A stretch of DNA of 64,000 nucleotides from Raillietiella orientalis. Its lineage: Eukaryota. Made by a program: the position numbers and the translations under genes. Positions 1 to 13,569 of this stretch are shown piece after piece. The notes beneath the pieces were generated by a model, which was not told where the DNA came from, searched no databases, and saw only the letters and a program-made list of their open reading frames with translations. Every line of letters starts with the position of its first letter. Position 1 is the stretch's first letter. The stretch covers positions 744,001 to 808,000 of the forward strand of contig JAYWIR010000001.1 in NCBI GenBank assembly GCA_036172245.1, written 5' to 3'.

Positions 1-399
1 GCTTTTTTTCATGGACTTCCTTTTCCGGACTTGGAGCTCCGAATGCCACCTGACGAGATCGCAGAATCCCAGCCGCGGGAAAGTACCCGAGCGGATCTGC
101 CGCCGGAGATCTACCGTGGCCTTCAGCCCACATCCACCCCGCTCCATGGACACTCAAGCAATAGTCCAAGCGAGAGCGGGTGGGGCTCTCTAGGCCGATG
201 CTGCTCGCTTTCATCTGAGATGCAGCTGGAAAAGGGGTAGAAGAGTAGGAGGGGGAAAGGAAGAGGAGGGATGGAAAGGAGAAGGAGGAAGGGAGGAGAA
301 GGAAAAGCGGAAGAGAAAAGGAGGAGAAAGAGGAAGGAAAGAGGACGAGGAAGGGAGGAAAGGAGAAGGAAGGAACGAGGAGGAAGGCCATGCTTCGTT

Positions 400-2050
400 C
401 ATGAGGCGCTGTCGATGAGGATGCGAAGGAAGCTGTTGCTGACAGGTAAGCTGATAGGAGGAGGAAGGGAGGATCGGCAAAGGAATGGTCCACGTTCACT
501 GGCATGCATTTTCGTTTTGGGCGCACAGAGATGAGTCTGGTGAACGCCTTTGTCGAGTCCCCCTGACACAGCAGACTTCTTCCTCTTCCTCTCCACCCTT
601 TCCTCGGGTTCCTGGAACTCATTTCCCCACACCACGCTCATCAGGACCCCAGCGAGCCTATGTCACTCCTGGAGTCAGTGGAGGGCGAAATCATCCCCGA
701 TGCATTTCGGGCTGGTGGCGCTTTCGGACCCAGAAAGGCCGCTGCTGCCATCCGGTCCCGGAGGAGAATTCCACTCTTCGGAAGTGGGTCCGAGTGGGAG
801 AGGGTCGCGGTATCCCCTTTCTCTGCTCGCCGAGATGTGAGCGTCAAAGGAGGAAAGCGGCCCTGCTGCCCTTAGGGGACAAGAGGGGGTAGCCCCCAGA
901 GACCCATGTGGACTTGTTGCTGAGTTCTCCCCCGAGGTCCGTCGCCGCAAGAATCGCTTCCTCAAAAGGCGACTGGACGCAGGGGTAAGGTCAGGCTCTT
1001 CTGGCGACGGTGACGGCGACGCTTCCGAGGGAAGCATCGGGGGTGCAACACAGCACCTGGACACTGCGACGACGCTCTAGGGGCATTTAAGGGGGGAGGG
1101 AGGAGGAGGGAGGAATTTTGAACCTCTGACCACAGGTGCCCACACCTCCCCTCGGGAACCGCTCCCTCGCAGCAAGATGGCAGCCATCTCTCCAGAAGGA
1201 CTCGCGCTTCGCGGACGAGGAAGGGCGGACCTGCGGAGCCGGAAGCTCCTCCTTTGCGGTGGACCGCCCTTTTCTTCCTTGGCGCCCTAGATGAGACGGA
1301 ACTTCCGAAGACGCCCGGTCGGCTCCACTCCCCCTCCGCGGAGATCGCTCTTCGCGCGCCGAGGCCTTGTCGCGTTCTGGCTCAAGGGGCTGCTTACCGC
1401 CCGCGTCCGCCTTGCCAGAGACGGAAGATTGGACGCACTTGCCGAGAGGTAGCCTCCGGGCAGCAGGGAACCGTAGGTGAGGCAGCCGGCGAATGGGTCA
1501 CCTCGCGAACGTAACGGCACGTGAGCGGAAGAGGGGAAAGGGGAGGGACAGTCCGCTGCTCCTCCTTTCCCACGGTCTCCCGAGTGTTTAGGGGCGTCCG
1601 CGTCCGAGGTCGGTCAGTCGAAGAGTCGATCCGCGAGCACACAGAGACTCATCTCCCTCCCCATCCTCCCTTCAACGGCGTCCCTTCCCCTTACTTCCGG
1701 TCCACATCTCTCCCGGTTTCTTTGTGGCGAGTGTTGCCTCCCGATGTCACGGTCGTCACTCTTCCGGCCACGGGCGCGTCCGCATCCTTCGACCTCGTCC
1801 GAGGCCAAATGCTGGGGCAAGCGCATCCCAAATGGACTGCCAGACCCATCCAAGGACGACGTCTCTTGTCGAGAAGGATTTCCGGGGAATCTTCGTGCCG
1901 CAGGCTGCCAAGAGACCCCCAGGGCGCGGCTGAGGGAATCCGTAGGTCCCCGATCTCCTCTTGCTCCGGGAGGGCGGCTGCGAGATCGCTCGAGACCCTG
2001 TGGCCGTCCGCGCCGTCGCCGGAGACTACAAGAGTCAATCCGACAACGCC
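400..2050 (-). mobile_element. Decayed LINE ORF2 fragment (RT C-terminus to RNase H), R1/I-like
   Basis: Minus-strand translations give ILLDKRRRPW (like YLGVxLDxxLxW), PSTDSRSDIGSL (like RNase H TDSxS) and VVWGNEF (like GxxGNExAD), in the expected order but in different frames. Confidence 0.45.
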
Positions 2051-2679
2051 GGGACCTCCCCTCAGCCCGCGCTGTAGCCTCCATCACCCCCTTCCTTCGC
2101 TTCCCTCCCTCTTTTTCCTCCTCCCTTTCATGCCCCCGTTGGCAAATGGTCCCAGAGTAACCTGATTTTCCTTTTTTTTGGCGCGTGACGAATGCGGCGG
2201 TCATTTGCATAAAAAGATCGCCCACGGTTGATTAGGCAAATTGGGGGCATCGGCGGCGGTTGCTGCGCGCGCCTCCTTGAGGGGAAGAAGACAAAAGAAG
2301 CGGCTCCGCAAACCCAGGACCACAAAGAGCCGGTGACACGCCGATCAAGCAGGAATCCGCCTCGGGAGGTCGGCGGAAAAAGGAGGAAGGGGGTGACAGG
2401 TGGGAGGGCCCGCCAAAGAGGAACGGCCAGAGAGGTGCCCGAGGCTGTGCTGCGTCGAGCGAGGGAGAAGGGGCGGAGGAAGGCAGCGTCCAACTCGGAG
2501 CTGAACCCGGGCGCTCGATCGAGTCCCGAGGTGTCCGAAGGGAGAAGAGTCAGCCCGGCCGGCAGTTGAAGGCGTGAGCGCACCCTCGCGGCAATCGGCC
2601 AAAAGCACGGAAGAAGAAGAAGAATCGAAAAGGAAAGTGGGCAGGGACGAAGAAGAGACCGCCATGCTCGAAGGAGCGC

Positions 2680-4520
2680 CCAAAGGTGAGATGTTCGGCG
2701 TTCTGGGTCTCCTAAGCCGAAAGACTGCAGCATCAAAGCTGGTCCAGTATGGTTATCTTCCGGATTTCCGGTTGTCGCGGAGACGGTTGCCAGGGGCCAC
2801 GAGTCGTCCTCCAGTCTCCACTCGCGGATGGAAACAGCAAACCCACGTTTGCTGTTTCCAGCAGCAGCAGAAGAGTCCATCGGCAAATGCGACGGAGGAC
2901 ACTGGAGCAAGCGGAGGCCTTCATATCCGCGTCTCCAAGGCCGAAAGGCTGCAGCAGCAACCGCAGACGGATGGGACGATGCCCCATACATCCATCAGAC
3001 CTCCAGGAATTTGCCGGAGAACCTGCCACTGCCACAAAGATCTGAGCAGACTGAGAATTCGGGGTTGCCTCTCGCGCGCGCCGTGGCGACCTCGCTACTC
3101 GGTCAGCATCTGAGGCAATCAGACGTCCTACGACTCGAGCAGACGGGAAGGCAGGAGGCTTTGTCCTGGAGGATGGATCCAAGCCGGCCAGGTCCCTTTA
3201 CACTCCAACGAGCGCCTACTACCGCGAGGGTCACATTCAACTTTCGGGTGCTTCTCGACTAGCCTGCGCGCCTGCCACCGGTTCCAGAGACTGGCCCGCA
3301 CGTCGCAGACGCTGCGGAACTCCGCCGGAATTTCCTGCGCTTCCGCCCTGCACGGGCGCAACTCCCCGACTTACGCCAGGAAGGCAGAAGAGCTCGAGAC
3401 GTCCTTCCTCCTCCCTTGCCTGGCGCTTCCCGTGCTCTTCGCCCCGGGACCCGTCCAGGGAGCCTCACCGGCGTGTCGAGACTGGCTGCTGGCGCCCTGA
3501 CCTTGAGGGGATCTCATAAGGACCCTCGTACGCGGAGCGCGAGGCCGCCGTGGTGCCAGGGTCTGAAGCTCACGGTTCGCCATTCCCTCCGCCCAGCACC
3601 GGCATCCTGCTGGAGAGGTGATCCTCAGGCACGCAACACCCGGGATCCTGCCCTCTTCTCTGGGACCCGTCGGCTGGAAAGGAGCAGGCCGATCTTTTTC
3701 TCCAGAAAGGGCACGGAGATGGCGGCGGGCGAGGCATCGAAGACAGGAGGTCTTCTGGAAGGAGGCGAGGCTGCGGCCAAGCACCGGGAGGGCTGTGGCC
3801 TCTACTGCTGGTGAGCTCTTCTGCTGCTACTGTCGTAGCCGCTCTTGCTGTTGCACGTGGATTTGCTGTTTGCATCCTCAAGAGGAGGCTTGAGGACGAT
3901 TCGCGGCCCCTAGCAACCGACGCCGCGACAGCCTGAAAGCCGGAAGATGGCCATGCTGAACTCTCAAAAAGGGGTAGGCCATTTGTCCTATCCCTTCTTT
4001 AGGGGGAAAAGATCATCACGTTCAGGTCTCTCGTTCAGCGGAGAGGGTCATCTCTTGAGCCACCCACGCAGCTGCTGCTGCGCTGTCTGGGCGGTGCGAC
4101 GAGAGTCTGTCGTCGGGCATTCGACCGAGGGCTTGCTGTCTCAAGGACAAACCACCTTACTGTGTGACTGGCGGAAAACAGAGTTCGAGCAGCACCGGGA
4201 TCCCACCCCGTTCGGATACGCAGGTGCGCCGTCCGTGAAGGGTGGTGGCTGGCTCTCACAACCACCTCGGGAGTCTTCTCCGCATAACCCACTGGGGCCC
4301 CAGTTCGTTCCACTGCCATCCCCTTCTTGAGCGGGAGACCGACTTGCGATTTCGGTGGTTCCTCGACCATCCAGAGGATCCGAGGATCCGTTTCCCGGAA
4401 ACAGCAGCATCCCTCCTCCTCGCTCATGAGCTGATGGAAGGCCGCTGTGGGACCCCAATTCCTCCCCGGAAAATCCTTGCGGCAGTGCGAGCGTCTTCGA
4501 GTAATGTTCCACCCTAGGCT
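2680..4520 (-). mobile_element. Decayed, internally deleted LINE ORF2 remnant
   Basis: RNWGPTAAFHQLM...DPRILWMVEEP resembles an APE N-terminus (DIxxxQEP). Near 2700, LDQL*CCSLSA*ETQNAEHL resembles a C-terminal Cys/His knuckle. Confidence 0.3.
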
Positions 4521-5849
4521 ACGCACCATGACCCGTCGCGAACTACCCTGCCGCGAAACGTGCGTAGGGGCCATCCCACAGGGAGGCGGGTCGCGCAACG
4601 GAGCTGACCACAGTGGGGACGCGGGCGAGTTGACCCGATGCCGGACTGGGGGGGGGGGGTGGCGAATCGTCCGCCCGGTACATCTCCTGACGCCTCCCTC
4701 GCCTCTCATCCGGCAGCTTCTCTCCCAGAGAAGGAGCGTCTTGTCCGACACCCGGACGGCCGGGAGCGGAAATCCGCTGCTCTTCGGTGAATCCATTTGT
4801 CGGGGAAATCAGAATCCATTTGCAGGGTTGCCAGGAGATTCTTCTCGTCGCAGGTCTTTCACTCGCTGATTATCTCACAAAGCAAATCCTATTAATTGTT
4901 TCATTGATCATCCTTATTCCTCCTTTTTGTTGGCATTTTCCCTTTCTTTTCCTCCTCCTCTCTCCTTTTTTTTTTTTTTTTTTTTTATCGGGAAGAATTT
5001 ATCGTTCCATTCGATCGTAAATCATCCGGCAGCTGCTGCTGCGCGGAGCATCTTTTTCCCGGAAAAGCTGTGGCATGCGCAGAAACGCGCGCTTCCGCGT
5101 TGCGGCAAAATGGATGATAAGAACCGTCCATTCTTTCGGGGCGGGGGCGCCCCGGTGGCGAGTGGCGGCTGCCTGCCTGCCGCCGCCAGTGCCGCGAGCG
5201 CGGTCGGTCGGTCGGTCGCTGGCTCGCTCGGCTCGCTCGCTCGAGGGAGAGAGAGCCATAGAAAACGGATTTTGTGTGACTCCTCACAGGAGTTCATTCA
5301 GAGCGCCGGTTTCATAGAATTTTAATGGAGTGCCGCGCGCGCGGTGGTTGCGGTGTTCCTCCGCGTTGGGCCCGCGGAGGCGACAATGGGACCGGCCGTA
5401 TCAATCATGGGGCACAATGATTCCCGGACCTTTTGCTTTTATTTATGCTGCAACTTTGCAAATACTTCCTTTTGTAATCAAATTTCGTAATGCGTTTTTC
5501 CTGGGACTTCTCTCCTTTCGCAAAGGATTTATTCGGGATTCAATGGGCCCAGGCAGGAGGATCGTAGGGAGTGCGCGGCGTGCGCCCTGGGGGGGCCGGC
5601 ATACGGAAGGAGGAGGAGAAGAAGAAGAAATGAAAAGCGCGCCCGCGCATTTTTTTTTTTTTTTTCCACAGACACATTTTACACGTCATGTGTTTCGAGC
5701 GGACACCCGCGCGCACGCGGGCGGCGCCCACAGTAAACAAATGCACGAGGCGACTGAGAGGCGGCCTTTGTCCCGAGGACAGAGCGTCGAGCAGCTTCCA
5801 GGCACGGCAGCGAGCCCGGAAGGGTAGGCGTAGGTGGGCGGGCGGGTTG

Positions 5850-7650
5850 TTTCCCTTCCTCTCTCACCGCCCCTCCCGCCCGTCAGCGGACAGACGCCTC
5901 GTTGCGGAGGTACGGCGACGGTTGCTACCGCAACCGCGGGAAGGCGCGCCGATGCCTGCCGGGCGAATCCAGGGGCCGCCCCGCGATCTGGGAGACCCAG
6001 CCGGCCCCGGCAGCTCCCGGACCTCCGTCCTGACCCGAGCCGAACGCCCTTACTGCACTGTCGCTCTCGAAAGGTGCTGAAGAGCTGGGAAGAGCGGGTC
6101 GAGGGCGCCTTCCCTCCTCCCCGAAGGCGCGCCCTCCGGGGATGGCCGCCATGGTCTTCAAGGAGTCCGGAACCTGCTGGAGACGGCGCGCCCTTCACGG
6201 TTGCGCCGGAGGCCATAGTTGGCCGGCGACCAGGAGACCCGAGGTGGCCGTCTTTACCTGACTGCGCGTGACCCGTCCGGCGCTCCACAGCGAAGGGCAA
6301 GAAGCTCAGGGGACGGATGGAGGGAGGTTGAGGACCCGTCCGTGCCACGGGAGACGGCGCGCGGGTGGTTAAGCTCGGAAGGCTTGCGAGGGAGCGAGGA
6401 TTCTCCCGGGAGTTCCCGGGGAAACTTCACTCCGCAGAATGCCCCAGGGCCCGCTCAGAAGAAGGTCGCCTCCACTCTGGCCAGCAGCCCCCGCAGCGGC
6501 CGGGATACGACGAATGGCGGCCCTCAAGGGGAGCCGGTAGGGCGTCTCCCGGGAACGAAGGGCGCCTCCTCGCCGGCTTCGAGCCGGCGGGCGCCCGACC
6601 CTTCCCTCCCGAAGGGAAAAGTCATCCGCTCGCTTGAAGGCAGTAACCGGGTCGAGAAAGTCACACCGGAGCGCTCTTGCTCTGGTGCTCAGTCCCTGCG
6701 ACGTCCAGGACTCGGGGGAGGGACAGCAATGACTCATGCAGGTCACAGGTCGCGGATGTTGCGCACAGGGGCTGCAACGAGAAATAGGTCAGAGGATCGG
6801 CGAGAGATGAGGGATACCAGCCATTTTCCGGGGTCCTTTTCAGCCTCCTCTTCTCCTCTCCACCGGGGCCGAGATCGCTCGAAGCGGCGGTCTTCCTTTG
6901 GAGGCCGGAACGGCCCGGAGTGGCATTCCCGAGGCAGAAAATAAGGAGGTAGCGCTCGGACTGTCCATGGGGGTAGGAGGTAGGCGGACCCCCCGGCATC
7001 GTTCGCGTGCGATGCACTCGCGTTCCGGACTTTCGCGCGCGCTCACCGGCGCGCTGTCTCCAAGGCGACGGACAGCGCGGAGAAGGCGGTGAGCGCCGGA
7101 ACGTCCAGCGAGGGCGCTTTTCGACTGAGCTGCCCTTCCGCGCCACCTGTTCCGAGCGCCAGAAAGCCACGGGATGAGGGTTGAACGCTCCTAAGCGATC
7201 AAAGGTGACCAAGCAGGTGGAGCCGTTCTGCCCCCCATCCGCGCCCCAATTCGGTCAGTGGCTGAGCGGCTGCTGCGACACAGAGCCCCTTCTGATTGGT
7301 CAGAGCGGAGTCGCCGCTTCCGAGGTCACTCTTCGCTAGAGGAGTGGAAGGAGCCCTCTACGCTGTCTGAGCTCACGAAAGGGCAAGAGAGGTACACAGC
7401 CACCTTTCCAGAGGGCCAAGACGAGCGAGGTGCCTTCGGAGTGGGCGTCACCGAGTGTCCAGCTCCCTCTCTCCCGGAGTGCTTCCCCTTTTCCGAAAAC
7501 CCGGGGCAGTTTCGATGCGCCGCTCCGCACGTTCCCCCCGACGGCGCGAAATCCTCCGGGAGCCGCGCCGCTCAGGTGCTTCCCGGCCGTCGCTGCCGCG
7601 CGCCCAGGATGCTCGGACGTGCTCCTCTCGTGCGAGGGCAGCGACCGTCT
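5850..7650 (+). mobile_element. Decayed LINE ORF2 3' part
   Basis: Weak RNase H-like HSRSGLSRAL, followed by EEWKEPSTLSELTKGQERYTATFP...NPGQF, resembling the LINE tail WxxxWxxSxKGRxTxxFFP...GHGxF. Confidence 0.3.
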
Positions 7651-8199
7651 TCTAATCCCCTCTGACGCCTGGCGGGGCGAACCTCCCCGCGGGGGCCGTC
7701 GGTAGGCAGGGCGACTTCCCTGTAATCTTCGATTCGCGGGGCGAATTATCTGCAGATTAGCAAAACGGGACCGCCGTCACACCGGGAACGAAGCGTTCAA
7801 ATCAGCTGTCATCTGCGGCGCGCATGAATGGGAAGCTGCGAGACGGGATGCGAGAGGACGATTGGTTTTGATGGAGGGACCATGGGCACGGCGGTGCACG
7901 GGGACCGTCAGCTGTGTTAATTACCAATCAAATTCACGGCGGGTGGAGCACCTCTTTTGTTGGTTTTGCCTAATGAAGGACCCCTGGTCACGGAAGGAAG
8001 GTTGCGGATGCTCCTGTCCGCACCTCTCCTCTGCGGAGGCAATTATCTCCCAGGAGAGAATGCGCGCGCGCTGCCCTGTCCGAACGCATCCGGACCATTC
8101 GGCCGTGATGGCGCGCGATCGTCCGAAGACAAAGTCTTTGGAGCGGTAAATATTTCATGCGTTCTGCGGGACCTTCCTCAGGGGAATGGTGAGCTGCTG

Positions 8200-9760
8200 G
8201 CAGTGGAGGCGACGCCCTCTAAGGGGCAGCACTGCTCGGTCCAGGAGACCTTCGCGCGGGTGTTGTCGCCTCGACGGCCACTCCACACCCACAAGAACAC
8301 TTCTCGTCGTTCTTTTCTCCTAGGAGCCAACCGACATCAAGACCAGAGACTTTTTGGCGTGCTTTCTTTTCTTGCTGAACCTCTAGTCGTTCTTTCTCCC
8401 TGGGAGGCAAACCAAGTCATCAAGACCAGCGTCTTTTGGCGTGCTTCTGTTTCTTGATGGACCTCTGATCTTTCTTGCTCATGAAAACAGCATGTGAAAC
8501 AAGGAATAAACTACTGAAGCACTTTTCGGCTGCCTCCCTTGCAAAAGGAATGTAGCTCGAAAGAACTGTCTAGCGAGACCCTGGAACTTTTCAGATAACC
8601 TAAAGACGCCGAAGTCATCAACTTCTGAAAATGCCAGAGCTAGAGCACTCTTATTTATACGTACGTATCTGAATACTCGCCCATTCAGCTGAATGGCTGG
8701 CGGGCTTTTAGCACAGAACGCTTCCTGTTCCTGGAAAAGCATCGCTGGTTTAACTCCTTGACTACGTTCGCCTTCGAACCGTGGAGGTCGATTTCGACAA
8801 CCCTCATTGCTCTGTGCTTCTTCTTTTCCAGCAGAAAACACGCAAGAATATCCTCCTTGTCTTTCTGGATGCTTGTTGGTTTCAGAGGACCGACGACCGT
8901 GCACAAAGACCGAAACGGAAGAATTCGGAAGACGAGAAACAGAAGGATTCGAGGATACGTGAGTCAGCATCCAGGAAGATGCTTTCCTAACTTCTCCCTA
9001 AGCCTTAAAATTTCAAAGGGACTGCCACGAGAAGAAGCTAGTTCTTCCAGTTCACCTGTCTCGAACTCGCCAGGATGCCTCCTGCTGGTCGAAGACAGCC
9101 GGCGCTTCCAGAGTCGCCGCGTCTTCCAGATCCTTTGCGAGCCTCTTCGCACCAGCAGACTCCTCCTCCTCCATCCACGGGGGAAGGCTGCAAGACTTTC
9201 AGCTGCGCAGACTGAGTCCTCTTTTCTTCGTCGCCTCATTCTCTTTTTCGCCTCGTTCAAGCGAGCGCTTCGTCCGAATGTCGTAGCAACCGTTGGTCAC
9301 TCTTGCGCACACGTGGTTTCTCACGTTTCAAAGAAACGCTCCCTTTTTTTCACGCATTATGAATTACTTTTCATTTAACTGCAGGTCCTTAATTGCTTTC
9401 CCCCTCTGAATTTCGATCAGGAATTCAAGGATGCCCTCAACGAATTGTCTTTCGCCTAGCCCGATGGAAGGGAAGTCCGTCCATCCATCACACTCAGCGA
9501 TCTCAAGAGCTTTCAGAATCTCCCAGCTTGATCGTGTTTCTAAGCCGAGCTCCTCTACTACGGAGGGCTTCCACAAGATGTTGCGCCGTGGAAAATAGCT
9601 TCAGATGCCTCTTGCCCCATTCAGAATCATCGACTGATGCTGCCTTTTCGGACTCAACCAAGCTGCAATAAAACAAAGCGATTCTTCAGAGCTTCGGGGG
9701 TTCCGTGGCCTTTGAAGGAACGAGCGATAGGAACTGGTGGAAGAATATGACAGCCTTGGT
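8200..9760 (-). pseudogene. Lower-GC decayed coding sequence of unknown family, containing an ~81 bp tandem repeat
   Basis: Protein-like stretches broken by stops and frameshifts (KEDILACFLLEKKKHRAMRVVEIDLHG; WEILKALEIAECDGW...ILEFLIEIQ). Tandem unit at ~8320-8480. Confidence 0.3.
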
Positions 9761-9941
9761 TTGCACAACTTTATTATTCTCTTCCATTACTTTTATTTTA
9801 TTATAGCATTGTGTAATTTGGCATGTTATTGTATGCATACGGTTCTCACGTGTTTTATCAAGTGTGAACGAGAATGCTCCCTCATGAAAAGCCCCTTTTG
9901 ATTTATTGTTGCCATGTGAACCGAGCCGAACAGGAATATGC

Positions 9942-9944
<3 letters not shown>

Positions 9945-9992
<48 letters not shown>
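9945..9992. repeat. Compound microsatellite (AC)n(AT)n
   Basis: Directly visible. Confidence 0.97.
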
Positions 9993-10449
9993 GGCTAGAC
10001 GAGGGTCTAAATTGTTTTAGTAGAGAGCACTTTCTTAATTGAACTCAGATGCACCGTACTGAGTTTCTCGAGTAGCTTTCCGTTTTGTTTTTGCTTTCGG
10101 ATTCACGTGCGTTTAGTTTTCTCATCTGCCCCTAGCTGGCGCGCGGGGAGCCTTCGCCTTCGAAAGCTTTGCGATCGTACCGATGCCGCATGGCTTTGGA
10201 ATGTTCACCGTGAATGCGTGCGTGCGTGCGTGCGTGTTACTCGTGAAGTGCGCCAATCCCTTATCTGCCACAGATCTGTTTATCTGCTGTCTCTCTCGCC
10301 TCTGGCACTTTATTCCACTGTTCGCTTCGCTACAGAGCACGCAGTCTGTTTCGCGCGAATGCTTGACACTTGCTTTCAAGTGTACAGTGCGCCCAGTGCG
10401 CGCTCCAAGTACGAAGAGGCAACACTTTTCCTGCAGGTTTCTTAAGCGT

Positions 10450-10720
10450 TCGGCGCCCGGTCCCAAGCACACATGCTCGGTGCTTGGACTCGAAGAGTGC
10501 GAAGCTCCGTAGTTGCCTTCGGTAACAGGATTTCGGCGGAGATTTCGAACAGCCTCCGAGTCGCAGCGTCTTGCACATACTCCCCTGGGACAAGAAGGCA
10601 CTGGTTCCCCAGAGCTTCCACCTCAGCAGGAAATCCGCCCGCCTCGGACTGGTCTCCTGCGGCAGCCCGCATCATCCCTCCTGCGGTTAGTGGTGTTGCC
10701 AGGAAACAAATCCTGGAGCA
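10450..10720 (-). mobile_element. Decayed LINE RT N-terminal fragment
   Basis: AGDQSEAGGFPAE...ISAEILLPKATT resembles KAPGPDGFPxE...IxLIPK. Confidence 0.4.
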
Positions 10721-10844
10721 AGAGGAAGCGCTGGTGTGAGTGGGAGATGCTGCTGGCACAGGAGATGCGCTCAGGAGCCCCTCAGGGGAGGACTGCACGG
10801 GTTCCCACCAGCGGGATTGGCCCACGTTCCACCGACTGCACGCT

Positions 10845-10950
10845 CATTCATATACCGCACGTCTTGCGCTAAAGCGCTCGCGCTGCAAAATGCCGGCCGT
10901 GTTTCCTTGGTCACTCCGGCCTTCTTGGCTTTCTCTCCCTTCTTCCCTTC
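10845..10950 (+). repeat. Dispersed ~100 bp repeat, copy 1 (copy 2 at ~14200-14305)
   Basis: GCTCGCGCTGCAAAATGCCGGCCGTGTTTCCTTGGTC versus GCTCGCGCTGCAGAATGTCGGCCGCGATTCCTTGGTC. Both copies run into a pyrimidine tract. Confidence 0.85.
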
Positions 10951-11949
10951 CTCTTCCCTCCTCCTTCTCTTCCTCCATACTTCCTCTTTTTCTTTCCTTC
11001 CTCGTCCTCGTCCTCTGCCATTCTTCCTCCTCCTACCCCACCGCTGCCATCACACGCAAGAATGCTCAGGTGGGATCGTACGGGGTCAGCGCCGTCACGA
11101 CCGCGCGATTCTTCCTCGCTCTGGCAGCGGCAACCATGGCGAGCGGATGTGCGTGTGCAGCGTGCGGCAGTGGCTTCTTGTAACCCTCGACCTTTCACGG
11201 GTAGGTAGGTCGGCCCTCGCGCGCGCCGTGTCGCCGCTCACCCGACCCCTCTCTCCTGAGTTGCGACAGGATGAGGTCGACACGAGGAGCGGGCGAAGGT
11301 GAGCCGGTTCCTGCCTCTCGCTGCAGCCTCCCTCGCAGCAGCAGCAGCGGCGACTTTTATCGTTTCGGGCTCAGCTTCGCTTGCTTCCTCGTAGGGACCG
11401 TTATCTCGCGAGCGGAGGAAAGGAAAAACCTGTTCGTCCCCATTCATCAATTGGGGCTGTCAAATGCGGGTCGTTTTCATCACGTTTAGCGTTTCATAAT
11501 TTCTCCTGTTCGATTTTTTTTCTCCCGTTCCCGGAGGGAGTCCCCACCTCGCCTCGGAGGTCGAGATGAAATATTGGCCATTACGTTAAGCTCAAGAAAA
11601 TTTGCGGCGTTGTAAACATGCGATACGTTGCGCGCGAAGCAACGCGCTTATCCGGAAGTAAATAGCAGCTTCTGTTGGACCAAAGAGGAGGGGAAGCGGA
11701 GGAGGAGGGCAGACGGAAGGATCGAGCGCGCTCTGGAAGCCGTCGGCAGACGACCGTCCTCCCTGCGGTTGCGTTCCGGAGCGAGACCACCGTAGCGGGA
11801 CCGACATCCAAGAGTCTCACCCCGCTGAGAAACGAGGACGCGGGAGTGGACGCTCCCGCCAGGGGGGAACGGGCCGGGAAGGGGGCGCACGCTCGCTGGG
11901 CCGCCTCACCCGTCTTTAAAGGCGGGACTTCTCGGGCGTCTCTCCGTGT

Positions 11950-12450
11950 GCGAAGATTGTTTGCGACCTTGCACTTTCCGCGCGAGAACCCGCTCTCGAG
12001 TCTTCTCCACGCCCGTTGCCGTGCCGACGGCCACGTTCCGGGATTGCTGCTGCGCAAGAAGGGCACGATGGAGTTTCCAAGTTCCTCGCTGGAAATCTTG
12101 CGGGAGCGGGGGTGTTGTCCTCCCAGAAGGCTCCACCAGGAGATAGGCAGCCGTGGAAGCACGAGAAATCCCAGCCCCAGAGGTGGTGGAGCGCCTTCTG
12201 GTCACCGGTCTGTTCTCCGTCTGATAGCCGGAGGATGCTTTCGTCTGGAAGACGGCTATCGCTTTCCTCTTCTTCACTCGGGATCCCTCCGAAGACGCTG
12301 GAAGGATCCACACGCAGGCGCGGAAGAAGGACGACAGTCCGCCTCCTTGACGTTGGGGCGCGCGTGCGTCTCCCTCCTGGTCCTGCGGGTGCGATCAAGA
12401 TAATGCCCGCGGGCGTCACCCACGCAACGCGCACTTCCGGGTTGCAGAAG
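11950..12450 (-). mobile_element. Decayed LINE ORF2 C-terminus
   Basis: ARFPARNLETPSCPSCAAAIPERGRRH resembles the terminal LxRF...C-C...H knuckle. Confidence 0.35.
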
Positions 12451-13569
12451 CCGTCGTTCCTCCGCCGCGGAAGGGGTTAGCGTTGTTTCTTGAGGTCCGG
12501 CCACCCCTCTCCCCGAGGGCCGATACGGGGGCAGGACTGTGTCATTGGTAAACATAAGTTGGGGTCGCTTTCGCGCGGGTGCAGAGACGCCCGGAGACTG
12601 CTGGCGAGCGGCTCGCTCGCAAGGAAAGCTGATGTTCCCTTTCCACCCAGACGCCTCCGCTGACGGACGGCATCCCTTGCGTCACTGTGCGCCTTCGCGG
12701 TCTTCCGTCAGGACGGCGTGCCGAACTTCAGCTCTTCTGCCGCATTCTGAAAGGGAGGCTAAATAAGGCGAGAAGAGGGGGAAGAGGGAGGGAAAAGGAG
12801 AGAGGGGTGGGAAGTGAGAGGAGAAAAAAAGGAATGGTCGGAGGAAGAGAGAGGACTCCCTCTGCGTCTCCCCCGCCGTCGATCGCTGCGCGCCACCGCC
12901 ATCTGAGAAAGCGACCGCGGCGGGCACCCAGCGACGGACGGACGGACGGACGCGCCTCGCTGGGCGCGCCGCCGGCTCCCCCTTTTCCTCGTCGCGTCAC
13001 CTTCCTGCCGACTTGATGAATGACGCGAGGGAACAATCGATTGGCAATATGACGAATTGCTCTTTGACCGAGTATTGTCCGTGCGAGGGAGGTCACACGT
13101 TTCTTTGTATTGTGACAAGTTTCTACGGAAGTGTTTGTTTACGTATTCCCTGGGAGAAAGGGTCGTGCGCGATCCACAATGGAGGGCAGACCGAAATGGA
13201 AGCAATAAACCGGTCGCTCCGCCTGAGGGCCGCCTGTCCTAGAGAAAACATTATTCTGATTACCATGGCATCAGTGTTCCTGATTTGAAGACGAGGACGG
13301 CAAGAACCCTCGGGATAATGCCGAGAGACAAAGGGCTTTCGCGCCGAAACATCATCGGATACTCCACCGCATCCGCTGCCGCACGCGGCCCGCGGGAGCG
13401 CGCGATGGGTCGCCTCGGGTTTCAATGGGGGGAGTCGGCCGCCCCGCAGCCGCCGCCGCCCCTTCGCCGGCGCCGTCAGCAAGACGAGAAAGGAAGCGTC
13501 GGCTCGCTTGGCCCCTCCTGAGGTTTCGCGCGCGAAGGACTGGGCACCCCGCGCGTCCGCCCGCCCGCG

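Noticed and set aside
430-535. Possible intron (AG/GTAAG at ~446, CAG at ~528)
   Set aside because: The flanking frames have no recognisable product, and the opposite strand carries LINE RNase H motifs.
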